Shown one piece after another: positions 1 through 11,267 of a DNA stretch of 64,000 nt; positions within the stretch are counted from its first letter, which is position 1; every line of letters begins with the position of its first letter. The notes below the pieces were generated by a model that saw only the letters and a program-made list of their open reading frames with translations, did not search any database and had not been told where the DNA came from. Origin of the DNA: an uncultured delta proteobacterium (GTDB lineage Bacteria; Desulfobacterota; Binatia; UBA9968); NCBI GenBank assembly GCA_963760795.1, contig CAVXEP010000020.1, forward strand, positions 1-64,000. Reading direction: 5' to 3'. Position numbers and translations under genes: made by a program.

Positions 1-83
1 CCGTCGAACAAGCGCTGAAGTGCGAGAAGGAGAAGAAACTACCGGTGATAGACCTGGTGCTGAGCGATTTAAATCCGCGCTAG
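1..83 (+). CDS. 3' end of an upstream CDS (partial, unknown product)
   Basis: Frame from nt 3 reads VEQALKCEKEKKLPVIDLVLSDLNPR to TAG at 81-83; converges on the next gene. Confidence 0.5.
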   Translation, partial: VEQALKCEKEKKLPVIDLVLSDLNPR

Positions 84-113
84 AACCAAGGCCTCGTTGA
101 AAAACAATCGCGC

Positions 114-971
114 TTACGCCGCGTCGGCGCTGGCAACCCTGATGTCGATCTCTGCGTGGAGTTCCGACGTAATCGCGTTGCCGCGAAACGTCCCGCTCAC
201 GGGCGCCGACAGTAGAGGGTCCCCGGCCGCGGCGATGGCCACATGGCGATCGGTTACCGCCAGACCCTGACTTGGATCATAGCCACGCCAACCGACGCCG
301 GGTAGATAGACTTCGCCCCAAGAATGCAGCGAGAGTCGATCTGTTGCGCCGCCCTCTTGGTAATAGCCGTTGACGAAACGAGCCGCGATGCCGACATAGC
401 GGCAAGCGTCGATGAATAAAATCGCTAGATCGCGGCTAGATCCGACCCGGCTCAAATAGGTTTCTTCGGCGCTGCGCGGCCCGCCAACGCCTCGTTCGGT
501 TTGTTGAAAGCTTTCGGAAATTTCCCGCGTGAGCATCGTCAGGAAGCGCAAGGTTTTCCATTCGGTCCGATTGGCGATGTGACGGGCGAATTGTTCGACC
601 AAGTGGCTCTCGTTCCGGCGCACGGTATAAGGGGCGAGATAAGCCTGGAGCGGATCCCGGTAGCTGACGGGCAGATGGTCGGCCCGCTCGGCGAGAATAT
701 AGTTAAACGGATTGCGGTATTGGGTGATTATTTTGGCGCGGCTGGCGACAATCAGTTTTTCCGTCAAACCTTGAAACCAAACATTCTCGACGATGTTGCC
801 GTCGATATCGATCCCGTCCGTCGATCCGGCCGGACACGGCTCGACCTTGGACTCGAAGTAGGTCACATTTTGCACGGCATCGCAGCGCGGACGGATCCGC
901 AGATGATGCAACTCGAGAAAAACCGGGCGGCTATAGGTGTAAGTAGTTTTGTGACTGATTTCAAAGAACAT
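114..971 (-). CDS. Transglutaminase-like protein (Bact_transglu_N + core); catalytic Cys appears as Ser
   Basis: ATG 971 (MFFEISHKTTYTY..LRIRPR); GSSRDLA, LHSWGEVYLPGVGWRGYDPS motifs. Confidence 0.9.
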   Translation of the reverse strand: MFFEISHKTTYTYSRPVFLELHHLRIRPRCDAVQNVTYFESKVEPCPAGSTDGIDIDGNIVENVWFQGLTEKLIVASRAKIITQYRNPFNYILAERADHLPVSYRDPLQAYLAPYTVRRNESHLVEQFARHIANRTEWKTLRFLTMLTREISESFQQTERGVGGPRSAEETYLSRVGSSRDLAILFIDACRYVGIAARFVNGYYQEGGATDRLSLHSWGEVYLPGVGWRGYDPSQGLAVTDRHVAIAAAGDPLLSAPVSGTFRGNAITSELHAEIDIRVASADAA

Positions 972-1014
972 GGTTATCCTTCCGCCCCGTCTTGCCGCGC
1001 GATTGCCTTGCCGA

Positions 1015-1995
1015 TCACTGGCCGACTCGATCCGGCGCACTCGAACCCACCGGGCGAAGCGCGAAAAAAGTGTCGAAGATGCATTGATCCACCAGATTCA
1101 ACTTGGTCTGAAACCCATCGAGGAATTCATGCAGGCCGCGCTCGACGATCTGCTGCGTGTCGGTATACGCCAACTCGGCGCGCAGCTGGCCCAAACGCTG
1201 CTCGGCGGTATTGCGATACATGCCGATCGGCGTGCCGGAGATCGCGTGGAGAGAATCGTTGGCGGTCGTCAGGCAGTAGTGAATCGAGCGCGGAAACTCG
1301 TGGTCCAAGACCAGAAAGTTGATAATTTGCTCCGGCGCGATGTGGCCGTGGCGCTTGCGGTACATTTCTAAAGCGCTCGCCGATCGCAACACCGCGGCCC
1401 ATTGAATATCGTCCAACGGGGTGCCCACGTCGGCGACCGACGGCAGCAGCATGAAATACTTGACATCGAGCAGCCGGGAGGTCTTATCGGCCCGTTCGAG
1501 CAGTCGTCCCAGGCTATAGAAGTGCCACACTTCACCGTGCAACATGGTCGCGTCGGTGATGCCATGAAAAAGTTGGCTGGCCTTTTTTACTTCGCTAAAA
1601 AAGCTCGAAGACGACGTCCTCAGCCGTTCGTTTGCCGCCGCGGCGTTGACCATCAAATAAAAAGTGTTGACCTGTTCCCACATCTCGGGCGAGATCGACT
1701 CGCGAATTGTCCGGGCGTTCTCCCGAGCGGCGCGCAAGCAGGACACGATCGAGCTTGGGTTGTCCCCGTCAAAGGTAAGAAACTTGATGACGTTGTCCCG
1801 CGTCGCCACTGGATACCTCGACGAGAACGCCGCGTCGCCGCCGGAGATGCTCACCAGGGGATGCCACTGTTCCTGGGAGCCGCTCGGCAGATCGAGCATC
1901 AATTGCAGGTTGACATCGATAAAACGCGCGACGTTGTCGGCTCGCTCCATGTATCGGCTCAACCAGTATATCGAATTGGCGACTCGGCTTAGCAT
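1015..1995 (-). CDS. Alpha-E domain protein (DUF403)
   Basis: MLSRVANSIYWLSRYMERADNVAR, ARENAR, GRLLERAD, FPRS motifs. Confidence 0.93.
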   Translation of the reverse strand: MLSRVANSIYWLSRYMERADNVARFIDVNLQLMLDLPSGSQEQWHPLVSISGGDAAFSSRYPVATRDNVIKFLTFDGDNPSSIVSCLRAARENARTIRESISPEMWEQVNTFYLMVNAAAANERLRTSSSSFFSEVKKASQLFHGITDATMLHGEVWHFYSLGRLLERADKTSRLLDVKYFMLLPSVADVGTPLDDIQWAAVLRSASALEMYRKRHGHIAPEQIINFLVLDHEFPRSIHYCLTTANDSLHAISGTPIGMYRNTAEQRLGQLRAELAYTDTQQIVERGLHEFLDGFQTKLNLVDQCIFDTFFALRPVGSSAPDRVGQ

Positions 1996-2046
1996 TAGTC
2001 TAATTCACGATTGCGCCGCTCTAGGCGCTGCTCAGGAGCGCGGCGT

Positions 2047-3480
2047 TTAAGCCTGTAATACCCACGTGTCCTTGCTCCCTCCTCCCTGCGATGAGTTGAC
2101 CACCAAGGAGCCGGCTTTGAGTGCGACGCGAGTCAGTCCGCCGGGTAGCACGTAAATGTCGCTGCCGTAGAGCACATAGGGACGCAAATCGACATGGCGC
2201 CCAACGACGCGGCCATCGGCGATAACCGGCACCCGCGATAGACCCAACGTCGGCTGGGCGATATAGTTGCGCGGATTTTGTTGAATCCGTTGGGCAAACT
2301 CAGCACGTTCTGCTGGCGTCGCGTGAAGTCCTACGAGCATGCCGTAACCGCCCGATTCGTTGACCGCTTTGACGACTAATTTGTCCAGGTTGGCAAGCAC
2401 GTAGGAAAGTTCCTCGGGCTCGGCGCAAATATGGGTCGGCACGTTTGGGATCAGGATTTTTTCGCCGAGATAGTATTCGATGATCTTCGGCACATAGGCG
2501 TAGATCGACTTGTCGTCGGCGATGCCCGTCCCCGGCGCGTTGGCCAACGCCACGCGCCCTTTCTTATAAATCTCCATGAGCCCCGCCACTCCCAGTAACG
2601 AATCCGACCGGAAAGTTTGCGGGTCGAGAAAATCATCGTCGATGCGCCGGTACAGCACGTCAACCGGTTCGAAACCTTTGGTGGTGCGCATCATGATCCG
2701 GTTGTTGACTGCCACCAGATCGCGCCCCTCGACCAATTCGACGCCCATTTGTTGCGCCAAAAAAGAATGTTCGTAGTAGGCCGAATTATAAATCCCCGGA
2801 GTAAGCACGGCGACTTTGGGCGAGTCAACCGCCGCGGGAAAAGCGACTGGAGGGTCGATAGCAGGCGGCTGGGATATTCATCCACCGGCCGCACCCGCGA
2901 CGCCTCGAAGACCTGGGGAAAGGTCCGCTTCATGATCCGGCGGTTTTCCAGGACGTAAGACACGCCGGAGGGACAGCGCAAGTTATCTTCCAGGACGTAC
3001 AACTGGCCGTCGCGGTCGCGCACCAGATCGGTGCCGGTGATATGGCACCAAACCTTCTGGGGCGGATCTAACCCGACGCATTCTTTCCTAAAGGAGCGCG
3101 CCGATTGGATCAGATATTCCGGCACGACTTTGTCTTTGACGATTTTTTGTTGATGATAAATATCGTCGATGAATAAATTGAGGGCGTAGACCCGCTGTTT
3201 CAAGCCTTTTTCGATCCAATCCCACTCGGCGGCTTCGACGATTCGCGGTATGACATCGAATGGGAATATTTTTTCGGTGGCCGCGCTGTCGCTATAAACG
3301 TTAAACGTAATGCCGTTCTGCAACAGCAGGCTTTCGGCGGCCGCTTGGCGGGCGAAAAGCTCACCGTCCGGCAGCGACTCGATCCGCTCCTTCAGCAATC
3401 GAGCGCCCGAGCGCGGAGCGCTGCTCGGAGACGAACATCTCGTCATAGAAATCAGCGGTTTCGTAAAGTTCAAATTTCAT
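2047..3480 (-). CDS. Circularly permuted type-2 ATP-grasp protein (frameshifts near 3425 and 2820)
   Basis: Start [16 protein letters not shown] at 3480; [48 protein letters not shown] spread over ORFs 2691-3473 and 2047-2808. Confidence 0.9.
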
Positions 3481-3554
3481 GGCCGGTCCTAGAGAAATTC
3501 CAAAGCCGCGGTTACCAGCATAACGTAACACGACCGCGGCACCCCTTGTCTACC

Positions 3555-3569
3555 GCAACGAATATGCCA
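3555..3569 (-). promoter_or_regulatory. sigma54 (-24/-12) promoter for the leftward ATP-grasp operon
   Basis: TGGCATATTCGTTGC on the minus strand: GG-N10-GC, near consensus, about 75 nt upstream of ATG 3480. Confidence 0.7.
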
Positions 3570-3841
3570 TGGCACGCGCGCGTGATTTGCGCTAGTGAAC
3601 TGCCTGGGTGTGCAGCGGACGATCAATTTTTAGGCAATCCGCTGCCTGAGCTTTGATCAGCGACAGCCGTTGCCAATTCCCACAGCGATATTCAGGGACA
3701 AAAATCAGCCGGCACCGCTGGCCATCAACTTCGCCGCTTTTTTAAGCCACCGCTGCATAATATTTGGGCCTGGGATTCCCCGCTCGCTGCAATTGCCGTT
3801 CGGATCGCGGGAATATTGAATGAAATGGCGCAGCTAGGCGC

Positions 3842-3857
3842 TGGTATGCGTTCTGCA
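3842..3857 (+). promoter_or_regulatory. Possible sigma54 promoter, rightward
   Basis: TGGTATGCGTTCTGCA has GG-N10-GC spacing. Confidence 0.4.
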
Positions 3858-4006
3858 CAAGGTCTTGTCGCCAGATCTTGCAGAAATGACGGGCTATTTA
3901 TCTTGTAATTTGGTTAAAGCAGTAGCGGCAAAAAGAGCTGGACTTTTACCCGACTGGCTTAATCTGCGCGCTTCGAAACCTGTGCGCAACGCACCGGTGA
4001 AGGCAA

Positions 4007-4287
4007 ATGTTACCAAAAGAAATCCTGCCAAACTATGTTGCTTATTTTTCCATGGAAGTGGTCCTTGACTCGTTGATGCCAACTATAGCGGCGGCATCGG
4101 CATTCTTGCCGACGACACGTTGCGTGCGGCGGCCGACCTCGGACTGCCCATGATCGGCGTCACTTTGCTGCACCGCAAAGGCTATTTGCGTCAAACCCTG
4201 GACGCAGGTGGCAATCAAACCGAGAGTCCGGCGGGCTGGAACTACGAAGAAGTTTTGGCACCGATGGTGCCGCGCGCCCTAGCTTGA
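4007..4287 (+). pseudogene. glgP: N-terminal fragment of alpha-glucan (glycogen/starch) phosphorylase
   Basis: MLPKEILPNYVAYFSMEVVLDSLMP / (frameshift near 4083) YSGGIGILADDTLRAAADLGLPMIGVTLLHRKGYLRQTLD.., stop at 4285-4287; absent from the ORF track. Confidence 0.8.
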
Positions 4288-4346
4288 TCCCGGCAGGCCG
4301 ATCTTCTAGATTAAGTCTCCATTCATTCGACCCAGTAAAAGAAATC

Positions 4347-7300
4347 ATGTCCATCCACGTTGCGCTTCATCACGTCACCCACTACCACTACGACCGGCGG
4401 ATCACTCTTGGACCGCAGGTTCTGCGCCTGCGTCCGGCGCCGCACTGCCGCACCCGCATCTTAAGTTATTCACTGAAGATCTTGCCCAAAGAGCATTTCA
4501 TTAATTGGCAGCAGGACCCGCAGGCGAACTATTCAGCGCGTCTGGTGTTTAACCAGACAACGACCGAATTTCGTATCGAGGTCGATCTGGTCGCTGAGAT
4601 GGCGGTGATCAATCCCTTCGATTTTTTTCTTGAGCCCTATGCCGAGAATTATCCGTTCGAGTACGAGTCTTGGCAACAAAATGAGCTCGGGCCATACGTC
4701 AAGCGCGAGCCGGTTACGCCGCTTTTCGAGCGTTATCTGGGGGCAATTCCGCGCGAGCCCAAGCGCTGTGTCGATTTTCTCGTCAGCTTGAACGCGCAAT
4801 TGGCGCGCGACGTGCGATATTTAATTCGCCTTGAACCGGGCGTGCAAACGCCCGAAGAAACCCTCGTCAAAGGTTCGGGCTCTTGCCGGGATTCTGCTTG
4901 GCTGCTCGTACAACTGCTGCGCCATTTAGGACTGGCGGCGCGCTTTGTCTCGGGCTACTTGATTCAACTCACCGCCGATGTGAAGTCCCTCGACGGCCCT
5001 GCCGGTCCGGAAAAGGATTTCACCGATTTGCACGCCTGGGCCGAAGTTTATCTGCCGGGCGCGGGTTGGATCGGTCTCGACCCGACCTCTGGCTTGTTCG
5101 CCGGCGAAGGTCATTTGCCGCTCGCCTGCACGCCCGAGCCGGGATCGGCTTCTCCGGTGACCGGCGTGATCGACGAATGCAAAGTAGATTTTTCCCATGA
5201 AATGTCGGTCACCAGGATCTGGGAAGCGCCGCGCGTCACCAAGCCCTACACCGAGGAACAGTGGCAAGCCATCGACCGGCTCGGTCATGCCGTCGATGTC
5301 GACCTGAAGGAAAACGATGTCAGACTCACCATGGGCGGCGAACCGACTTTTGTCTCGATGGACGATCCAGAGGGCGAAGAGTGGAGCACCGCGGCGCTCG
5401 GCCCGAACAAACGACGGCTCGCAGCGGAGGTTTATCAGCGCCTGCGGGCTCGCTACGGCGCTCAAGGCCTGGTTCATTTCGGCCAGGGCAAATGGTATCC
5501 CGGCGAGCAACTGCCGCGCTGGTCGCTCAATTGCTATTGGCGCGCCGACGGCGAACCCATCTGGCGCAATGATTGGTTAATCGCCGACGAGACCCAAGCC
5601 GGGAATGCAACAGCTGAACTCGCAAGTAAGTTTCTCCAAGGCGTAGCCCATCGACTGGGGTTGGACGACCAAGATATTTTCCCGGCATACGAAGACCTGT
5701 TTTACTACCTCTGGCGCGAGCGCCGCTTGCCTGCCAACGTCGATCCATTCGATTCACGGCTCGAAGATCCGCTCGAACGCGAGCGACTCACGCGCATATT
5801 CAGTCAAGGCCTAAAACAGGTTGTCGGTTATGCCCTGCCGGTGGCGCGCGATCCGCGCACAGAACGTTGGCGCAGCGGACAGTGGTTTTTGCGCGGCGAG
5901 CACTGCTACCTCGTTCCCGGTGACTCGGCCATGGGCTATCGGCTACCGTTAGACTCGTTGCCGTGGACCAGCGCCAATGACTATCCCTATATTTTTCCAC
6001 CGGATCCCACCCGGCCGCTGCCACCGCTTGCGACTCACGGGCAAATTCGCTTTCTAGTTGACGCAGGCAAGCCCGTGGATAGCACAGCATCGAGGCTCGA
6101 CAGCGGCGGTGGGCAGCGGATTAATAGCGAGCGCGCTCCCGGCAAACACGAAAGCGCGCCATGGATCTCGCGCACCGCAATCTGCGCCGAAGCGAGAAAC
6201 GGCGTGCTTTACATCTTCATGCCGCCGACCGCCGCCCTGGAAGATTATCTCGAACTCGTTGCCGCCGTGGAAGCGACCGCGGAAGCGCTAAATCAGCCGA
6301 TTATGTTCGAAGGCTACGAGCCGCCGCGCGATCCGCGCCTGCCGCACTTTCGCATCACTCCCGACCCGGGCGTGATCGAGGTCAATATTCATCCTTCATC
6401 GAGTTGGGCCGAGTCAAGCGAACAGACGGCGTTTCTCTACGAAACGGCGCGCCAGTCGCGTCTATCGACGGAAAAATTCATGATCGACGGCCGCCACACC
6501 GGCACCGGAGGCGGCAATCATTTCGCCCTCGGCGGCGCCACGCCGGCGGATTCGCCCTGGCTTAGGCGGCCGGATCTGTTGCGCAGTTTTTTAAGCTACT
6601 GGCATAATCATCCGTCGTTATCTTATCTTTTCAGCGGGCTGTTCATCGGCCCGACCTCGCAAGCGCCGCGCATCGACGAAGCGCGCAACGATTCGCTGCG
6701 GGAACTCGAAGTGGCGTTCCGCGAATTAGAACGGCGCCTGGAGGCGAACCGTGACGATTGCCCGCCCTGGCTGATCGACCGGCTGCTGCGCCATCTGCTC
6801 ATCGACGTCACCGGCAACACCCATCGCGCCGAGTTTTGCATCGACAAACTCTATTCGCCCGACAGCGCCACCGGGCGCTTGGGATTGCTGGAGATGCGCG
6901 CCTTTGAGATGCCGCCGCACGCGCGCATGAGCCTGACCCAACAGTTGTTGATTCGGGCGCTGATCGCGCGCTTCTGGAAGACCCCATACGCGCCGCCGCG
7001 TTTAGCCCGCTTGGGCATGGAACTGCACGACCGCTTTCTGCTGCCGCATTTCATTTGGCTCGATTTTGCCGACGTGATCACCGAGTTGAATCAAGCCGGT
7101 TATGGCTTCGATGCCGGCTGGTTTGCGCCGCACTTCGAATTCCGCTTTCCCAAGTACGGCGACTTTGCCGTTCGCGGTATCGAGCTGGAATTGCGCGCCG
7201 CCCTCGAGCCGTGGCATGTGCTGGGCGAAGAGGGCGCCCCTGGCGGCACGGCGCGCTACGTCGATTCGTCGCTGGAAAGAGTCCAGGTCAAAGTGACCGG

Positions 7301-7685
7301 ACTGCCGCCCGATCGCTACGCGATCACCTGCAATCAAGTGCCGCTGCCGCTGCAATCGACAGGGACCGTCGGCGAATTCGTCGCCGGCGTGCGCTATCGC
7401 GCCTGGCAACCGCCCTCGGCCTTGCATCCGACCATCGGCGTGCACACGCCGCTCACCTTCGATATCGTCGACCGCTGGATGAAACGGAGCCTCGGCGGCT
7501 GTCAATACCATGTCATGCATCCCGGCGGACGCAGCTATGAGGTCTTTCCCGTCAACGCCTTCGAAGCCGAGAGCCGCCGTCTCGAACGGTTCTTCCGCGT
7601 CGGTCACACGCCGGGGATCATGGAAATCTGCGAATCGCGCGTCGACCCGGAGTTTCCCTTCACCCTCGATTTGCGTAAAATTTAA
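4347..7685 (+). CDS. Large transglutaminase + DUF2126 (amidoligase/COOH-NH2 ligase-like) fusion
   Basis: MSIHVALHHVTHYHY, GSCRDSAWL, DLHAWAEVYLPGAGWIGLDPT, GGEPTFVS, HTGTGGGNH, C-terminal FPFTLDLR. Confidence 0.92.
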   Translation: MSIHVALHHVTHYHYDRRITLGPQVLRLRPAPHCRTRILSYSLKILPKEHFINWQQDPQANYSARLVFNQTTTEFRIEVDLVAEMAVINPFDFFLEPYAENYPFEYESWQQNELGPYVKREPVTPLFERYLGAIPREPKRCVDFLVSLNAQLARDVRYLIRLEPGVQTPEETLVKGSGSCRDSAWLLVQLLRHLGLAARFVSGYLIQLTADVKSLDGPAGPEKDFTDLHAWAEVYLPGAGWIGLDPTSGLFAGEGHLPLACTPEPGSASPVTGVIDECKVDFSHEMSVTRIWEAPRVTKPYTEEQWQAIDRLGHAVDVDLKENDVRLTMGGEPTFVSMDDPEGEEWSTAALGPNKRRLAAEVYQRLRARYGAQGLVHFGQGKWYPGEQLPRWSLNCYWRADGEPIWRNDWLIADETQAGNATAELASKFLQGVAHRLGLDDQDIFPAYEDLFYYLWRERRLPANVDPFDSRLEDPLERERLTRIFSQGLKQVVGYALPVARDPRTERWRSGQWFLRGEHCYLVPGDSAMGYRLPLDSLPWTSANDYPYIFPPDPTRPLPPLATHGQIRFLVDAGKPVDSTASRLDSGGGQRINSERAPGKHESAPWISRTAICAEARNGVLYIFMPPTAALEDYLELVAAVEATAEALNQPIMFEGYEPPRDPRLPHFRITPDPGVIEVNIHPSSSWAESSEQTAFLYETARQSRLSTEKFMIDGRHTGTGGGNHFALGGATPADSPWLRRPDLLRSFLSYWHNHPSLSYLFSGLFIGPTSQAPRIDEARNDSLRELEVAFRELERRLEANRDDCPPWLIDRLLRHLLIDVTGNTHRAEFCIDKLYSPDSATGRLGLLEMRAFEMPPHARMSLTQQLLIRALIARFWKTPYAPPRLARLGMELHDRFLLPHFIWLDFADVITELNQAGYGFDAGWFAPHFEFRFPKYGDFAVRGIELELRAALEPWHVLGEEGAPGGTARYVDSSLERVQVKVTGLPPDRYAITCNQVPLPLQSTGTVGEFVAGVRYRAWQPPSALHPTIGVHTPLTFDIVDRWMKRSLGGCQYHVMHPGGRSYEVFPVNAFEAESRRLERFFRVGHTPGIMEICESRVDPEFPFTLDLRKI

Positions 7686-7824
7686 TCTAGCGCCGGTATC
7701 GTCAACGAGTTATTCTGCGCTGGCAACTGGTTATTCTCGGAATTCGGTTAGAATCTGTGATTAAGCCGATATCGATCCAAACAGTCCCATTTCTGAGTCA
7801 TGACCATTTTCAACAACAGCATTT

Positions 7825-10319
7825 ATGAACTACCCACTCAACTCCGATCGTTACGATGAAGTTTTCGCCGCCCAAGGCCGGCCGCGCGCGCATTGGACGC
7901 GATTGGCCCAAGCGGCCACGCGGGCCGGCCGCACGGCATTGTCGCGCCGCGCCGGCACGATTCGCCGCGCCGTCGAGCAGGACGGCGTCACCTACAATGT
8001 CTATGGCGATCCCAAGGGAACCGACCGGCCGTGGGAAGTGGATCTCCTGCCCTTCGTGATCGCGGCCGAGGAATGGCAGTTTCTCGCCAAGGCGGTGGCC
8101 CAGCGCGCGCGTCTGCTCAATCTCGTGCTCGCCGACTTGTACGGCGCTAACCGGCTGCTCGCCGAAGGGCTGATCCCGCCGGCGATTATTCACGGTCACC
8201 ACAACTACCTATGGCCCTGCCGCGGCATCGAGCCGGCGGGCGGCACTTTCCTGCACCTTTACGCATGCGATCTCGCGCGCTCGCCCGATGGCCGTTGGTG
8301 GGTGATCGGCGACCGAACCCAAGGCCCGTCGGGAGCGGGCTATGCGGTGCAAAACCGGCTCATCGTTACGCCCTTGTATGAAAACATCTTTCGCTCCCTC
8401 GGCGTGCAGCGGTTGGCGAATTTTTTTCGCACCCTGCAGCAACAACTCACCGCGCTAGCGCCCACCGATGGGGATGCGCCGCTGGTCGCGCTATTGACGC
8501 CGGGGCCCTACAACGAAACCTACTTTGAGCATGTTTTTCTGGCGCGCTATCTGGGCTTTCCGCTGGTCGAAGGATCGGATCTGACGGTGCGCGACAACCG
8601 AGTTTATCTGAAAACATTGCAAGGTCTGAAGCGCGTCCACGCGCTCTTGCGCCGTCTCGACGATGAGTACTGCGATCCGTCCAAGCTTGCGCACCGATTC
8701 GGCCCTCGGCGTCGCCGGCCTGATCTCGGCGGCGCGCGCGGGCAATGTGCTGATCGCCAATGCGCTCGGCTCCGGCGTGCTCGAATCGCCGGCGCTGCTC
8801 GGCTTTTTGCCGGCCATTTGCGAGAGCCTGCTCGGCGAGCCATTGGCGTTGCCGTCGGTGGCACCTGGTGGTGCGGCGAAGCGCCGGCGCTCGAACATGT
8901 GATCGACCATCTTCCCGAGCTGGTTATCAAACCGGCCTTCGCTTCGATGAAGCTCGAACCGACTTTCGGTCATGACCTCGATAGTGCCGGGCGCGCAGCC
9001 ATGGCGGAACGGCTGCGGGCCACGCCCCATGCCTTCGTCGCCCAGGAATGGGTGCGGCTCTCTCAGGCGCCCACCTGGTCGAACGAAACCCAGCAGTTCG
9101 AACCGCGGGTCGTCGGCTTGCGGCTTTACGCGACCGTCAACGGCGACGGCTATGACGTCATGCCCGGCGGGCTCGCCCGCGTCGCTCCCGAATCGACCGT
9201 CGAAGTCGTTACCATGCAACGGGGCGGTTCGAGCAAAGACGTCTGGGTGCTCGGCGACGGCGCGACGCCGTGGCAATCGCTGCTGGTGCCGCGGCTGGGC
9301 GCCCGCAATATCGTCCGCGGCGGATTTTATTCGCCTTCGCGGGCGGTGGAAAATCTGTTTTGGATGGGGCGCTACGCTGAGCGCGTCGAGAACATCGGAC
9401 GCTTGCTCCGGTCCGTCGGTCAACGGCTTGCCGAAAGCGATCCAGCGCATTGGGCGACGCTCAAAGTGCTAACTCGTCTTGTCGGATAAGGCGCGCTTGC
9501 GCGAGCCGGTCAGAGACCGAGCGTTCGCCGGCGCCGGATAAGAAAAAAGTGCCGCCTAGCTTGGGCCCGGAGTGGGTGATTGCGGCGATGGGAGACCCAA
9601 AGGTTCTAAACGGCATTCCCGCCAACACTTCGCGGCTGCTCTACTGTGCGAGCCAACTACGGGAGCGCATGTCGCTCGATCATTGGCGCACGGTGCAGCG
9701 GCTCGCCCATGAGCATGATCAGGCGCCGCAAAGCTTGGAAGCGGCGTTGGCGATTCTCGATCGCGTAATTCCCGTCTGCACGGCGCTGGCTGGCTACGCC
9801 TTTGACGATATGACCCGGGATGACGCGTGGCGCTTCCTCGTCATGGGACGCCAGTTGGAGCGCATGGCGTTTTTGAGCTCAGCGGCGATGCAGGTCCTCG
9901 GGCTGCCGGACGAAGATTGCGATGCGGTGCTGGGCGCGTTATTGGAAATCGGCAACGTCAGCATGACCTATCGAGCGCGTTACCAGCGCCAACCTGAGCT
10001 TCTGCCGGTCCTCGATCTCTTGGTGCTCGACGAACCGAATCCACACTCGGTGTGTTTTCAGTTGGCTGCGCTCGGCAACCATCTCCAACAAGTCGAGACC
10101 CGGCTGGGATTCCGGCCGGTCAACGATCCGGCCTCGCTGCTGCAGGCGCTCAGAGGATTCGATCTCGCCGAATTCGAAGGTCTGCGTATGCCCGAGGGCG
10201 AACCGCTCGCCGCGCTGCTGGCCGCTTGCGAGCGCTGCGTCTATGGACTTTCCGATGAGCTCACCCAAAGGTTTTTTATTCACGCCGGTGAACACCCGCA
10301 GACGAGCGTGGCAGCATGA
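7825..10319 (+). CDS. Circularly permuted ATP-grasp + alpha-E fusion (frameshifts near 8685, 8860, 9485)
   Basis: GVTYNVY, DRTQGPSGAGY, TPGPYNETYFEH, MQRGGSSKDVW, RAVENLFWMGRYAERVE, then MTRDDAWRFLVMGRQLER and LDEPNPHSV. Confidence 0.88.
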
Positions 10320-11220
10320 GTCAAAACGGCGCGCGCCAGTTATCGAGTCGAACACTCACACCGCCTACCTTTACTCGGAACCGGTGATGCTGTCGCACCA
10401 GCAGCTCCATTTGACGCCGCGGCCCTTGGACTACCAATCGATCCAGGCCCATGAAGTCCTCATCAAACCTGCGCCGACGCAGCAGCGCAAATTGATCGAC
10501 GCCTTCGGCAACCGGTGACCGAGATCGCCATCGAATCGGCACACAAGACCTTGGATATTATCGCCCGAACCACCGTAGCAGTGACGGAACGACGCGTGAA
10601 CGATCTGGTGGAAACCCCTCGCCTGGGAAACCGTTCGCGACGCCTCGCCTACCGCGCCGCCTGGCATCCCGAGCCGGCGATCCTCGATGCCACACAGTTT
10701 CTCTTCGAATCCCCATACGCTCGGGTGAAACGTAGTCTCAGGGCCTATGCCGGCGATTGCTTTGAACCGGGCCGGCCGATTCTAGCGGCGGCGACGGCGC
10801 TGATGGCGAAAACTTTACAGCGAGTTCAAATTCGATGCGACGGCGACCAACGTCACGACGCCGGTAATGAAATTTTTCGAACAGAAGCGCGGTGTCTGCC
10901 AGGATTTTACCCACTTGATGATTTCGTGTTTGCGTTCGACCGGGCTGGCGGCGCGTTACGTGAGCGGCTATTTGCTGACGCGCCCGGCCCCAGGCAAGCC
11001 GCGTCGCGTCGGTACCGATGTTTCCCACGCATGGGTGTCGTTATTCGTCCCCGGCAACGGCTGGGTCGACCTCGACCCGACTAACAACCTCATGCCGTCG
11101 CTGGAGCATATCACCATCGGTTGGGGCCGCGACTTCTCCGATGTAACGCCGCTGCGCGGCGTCATCAGCGGCGGCGGCGAGCAAACATTGGAAGTCAAGG
11201 TGACCGTCGAGCCGCTTTAG
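10316..11220 (+). CDS. Transglutaminase-like protein (several frameshifts)
   Basis: ATG overlaps the upstream TGA (ATGA); fragments YLYSEPV..HLTPR, DAFGN, FLFESPY, GVCQDFTH, SHAWV, WVDLDPTN, GRDFSDVTPLRG. Confidence 0.85.
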
Positions 11221-11267
11221 GTCGCAACTCCTGGCCTCGTGGTCGGCGCTATCGGGTTCCCCCCGCT

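Noticed and set aside
2800-10870. Programmed ribosomal frameshifting in the ATP-grasp/transglutaminase genes
   Set aside because: Multiple shifts per gene, no consistent slippery sites, and the same pattern in unrelated genes
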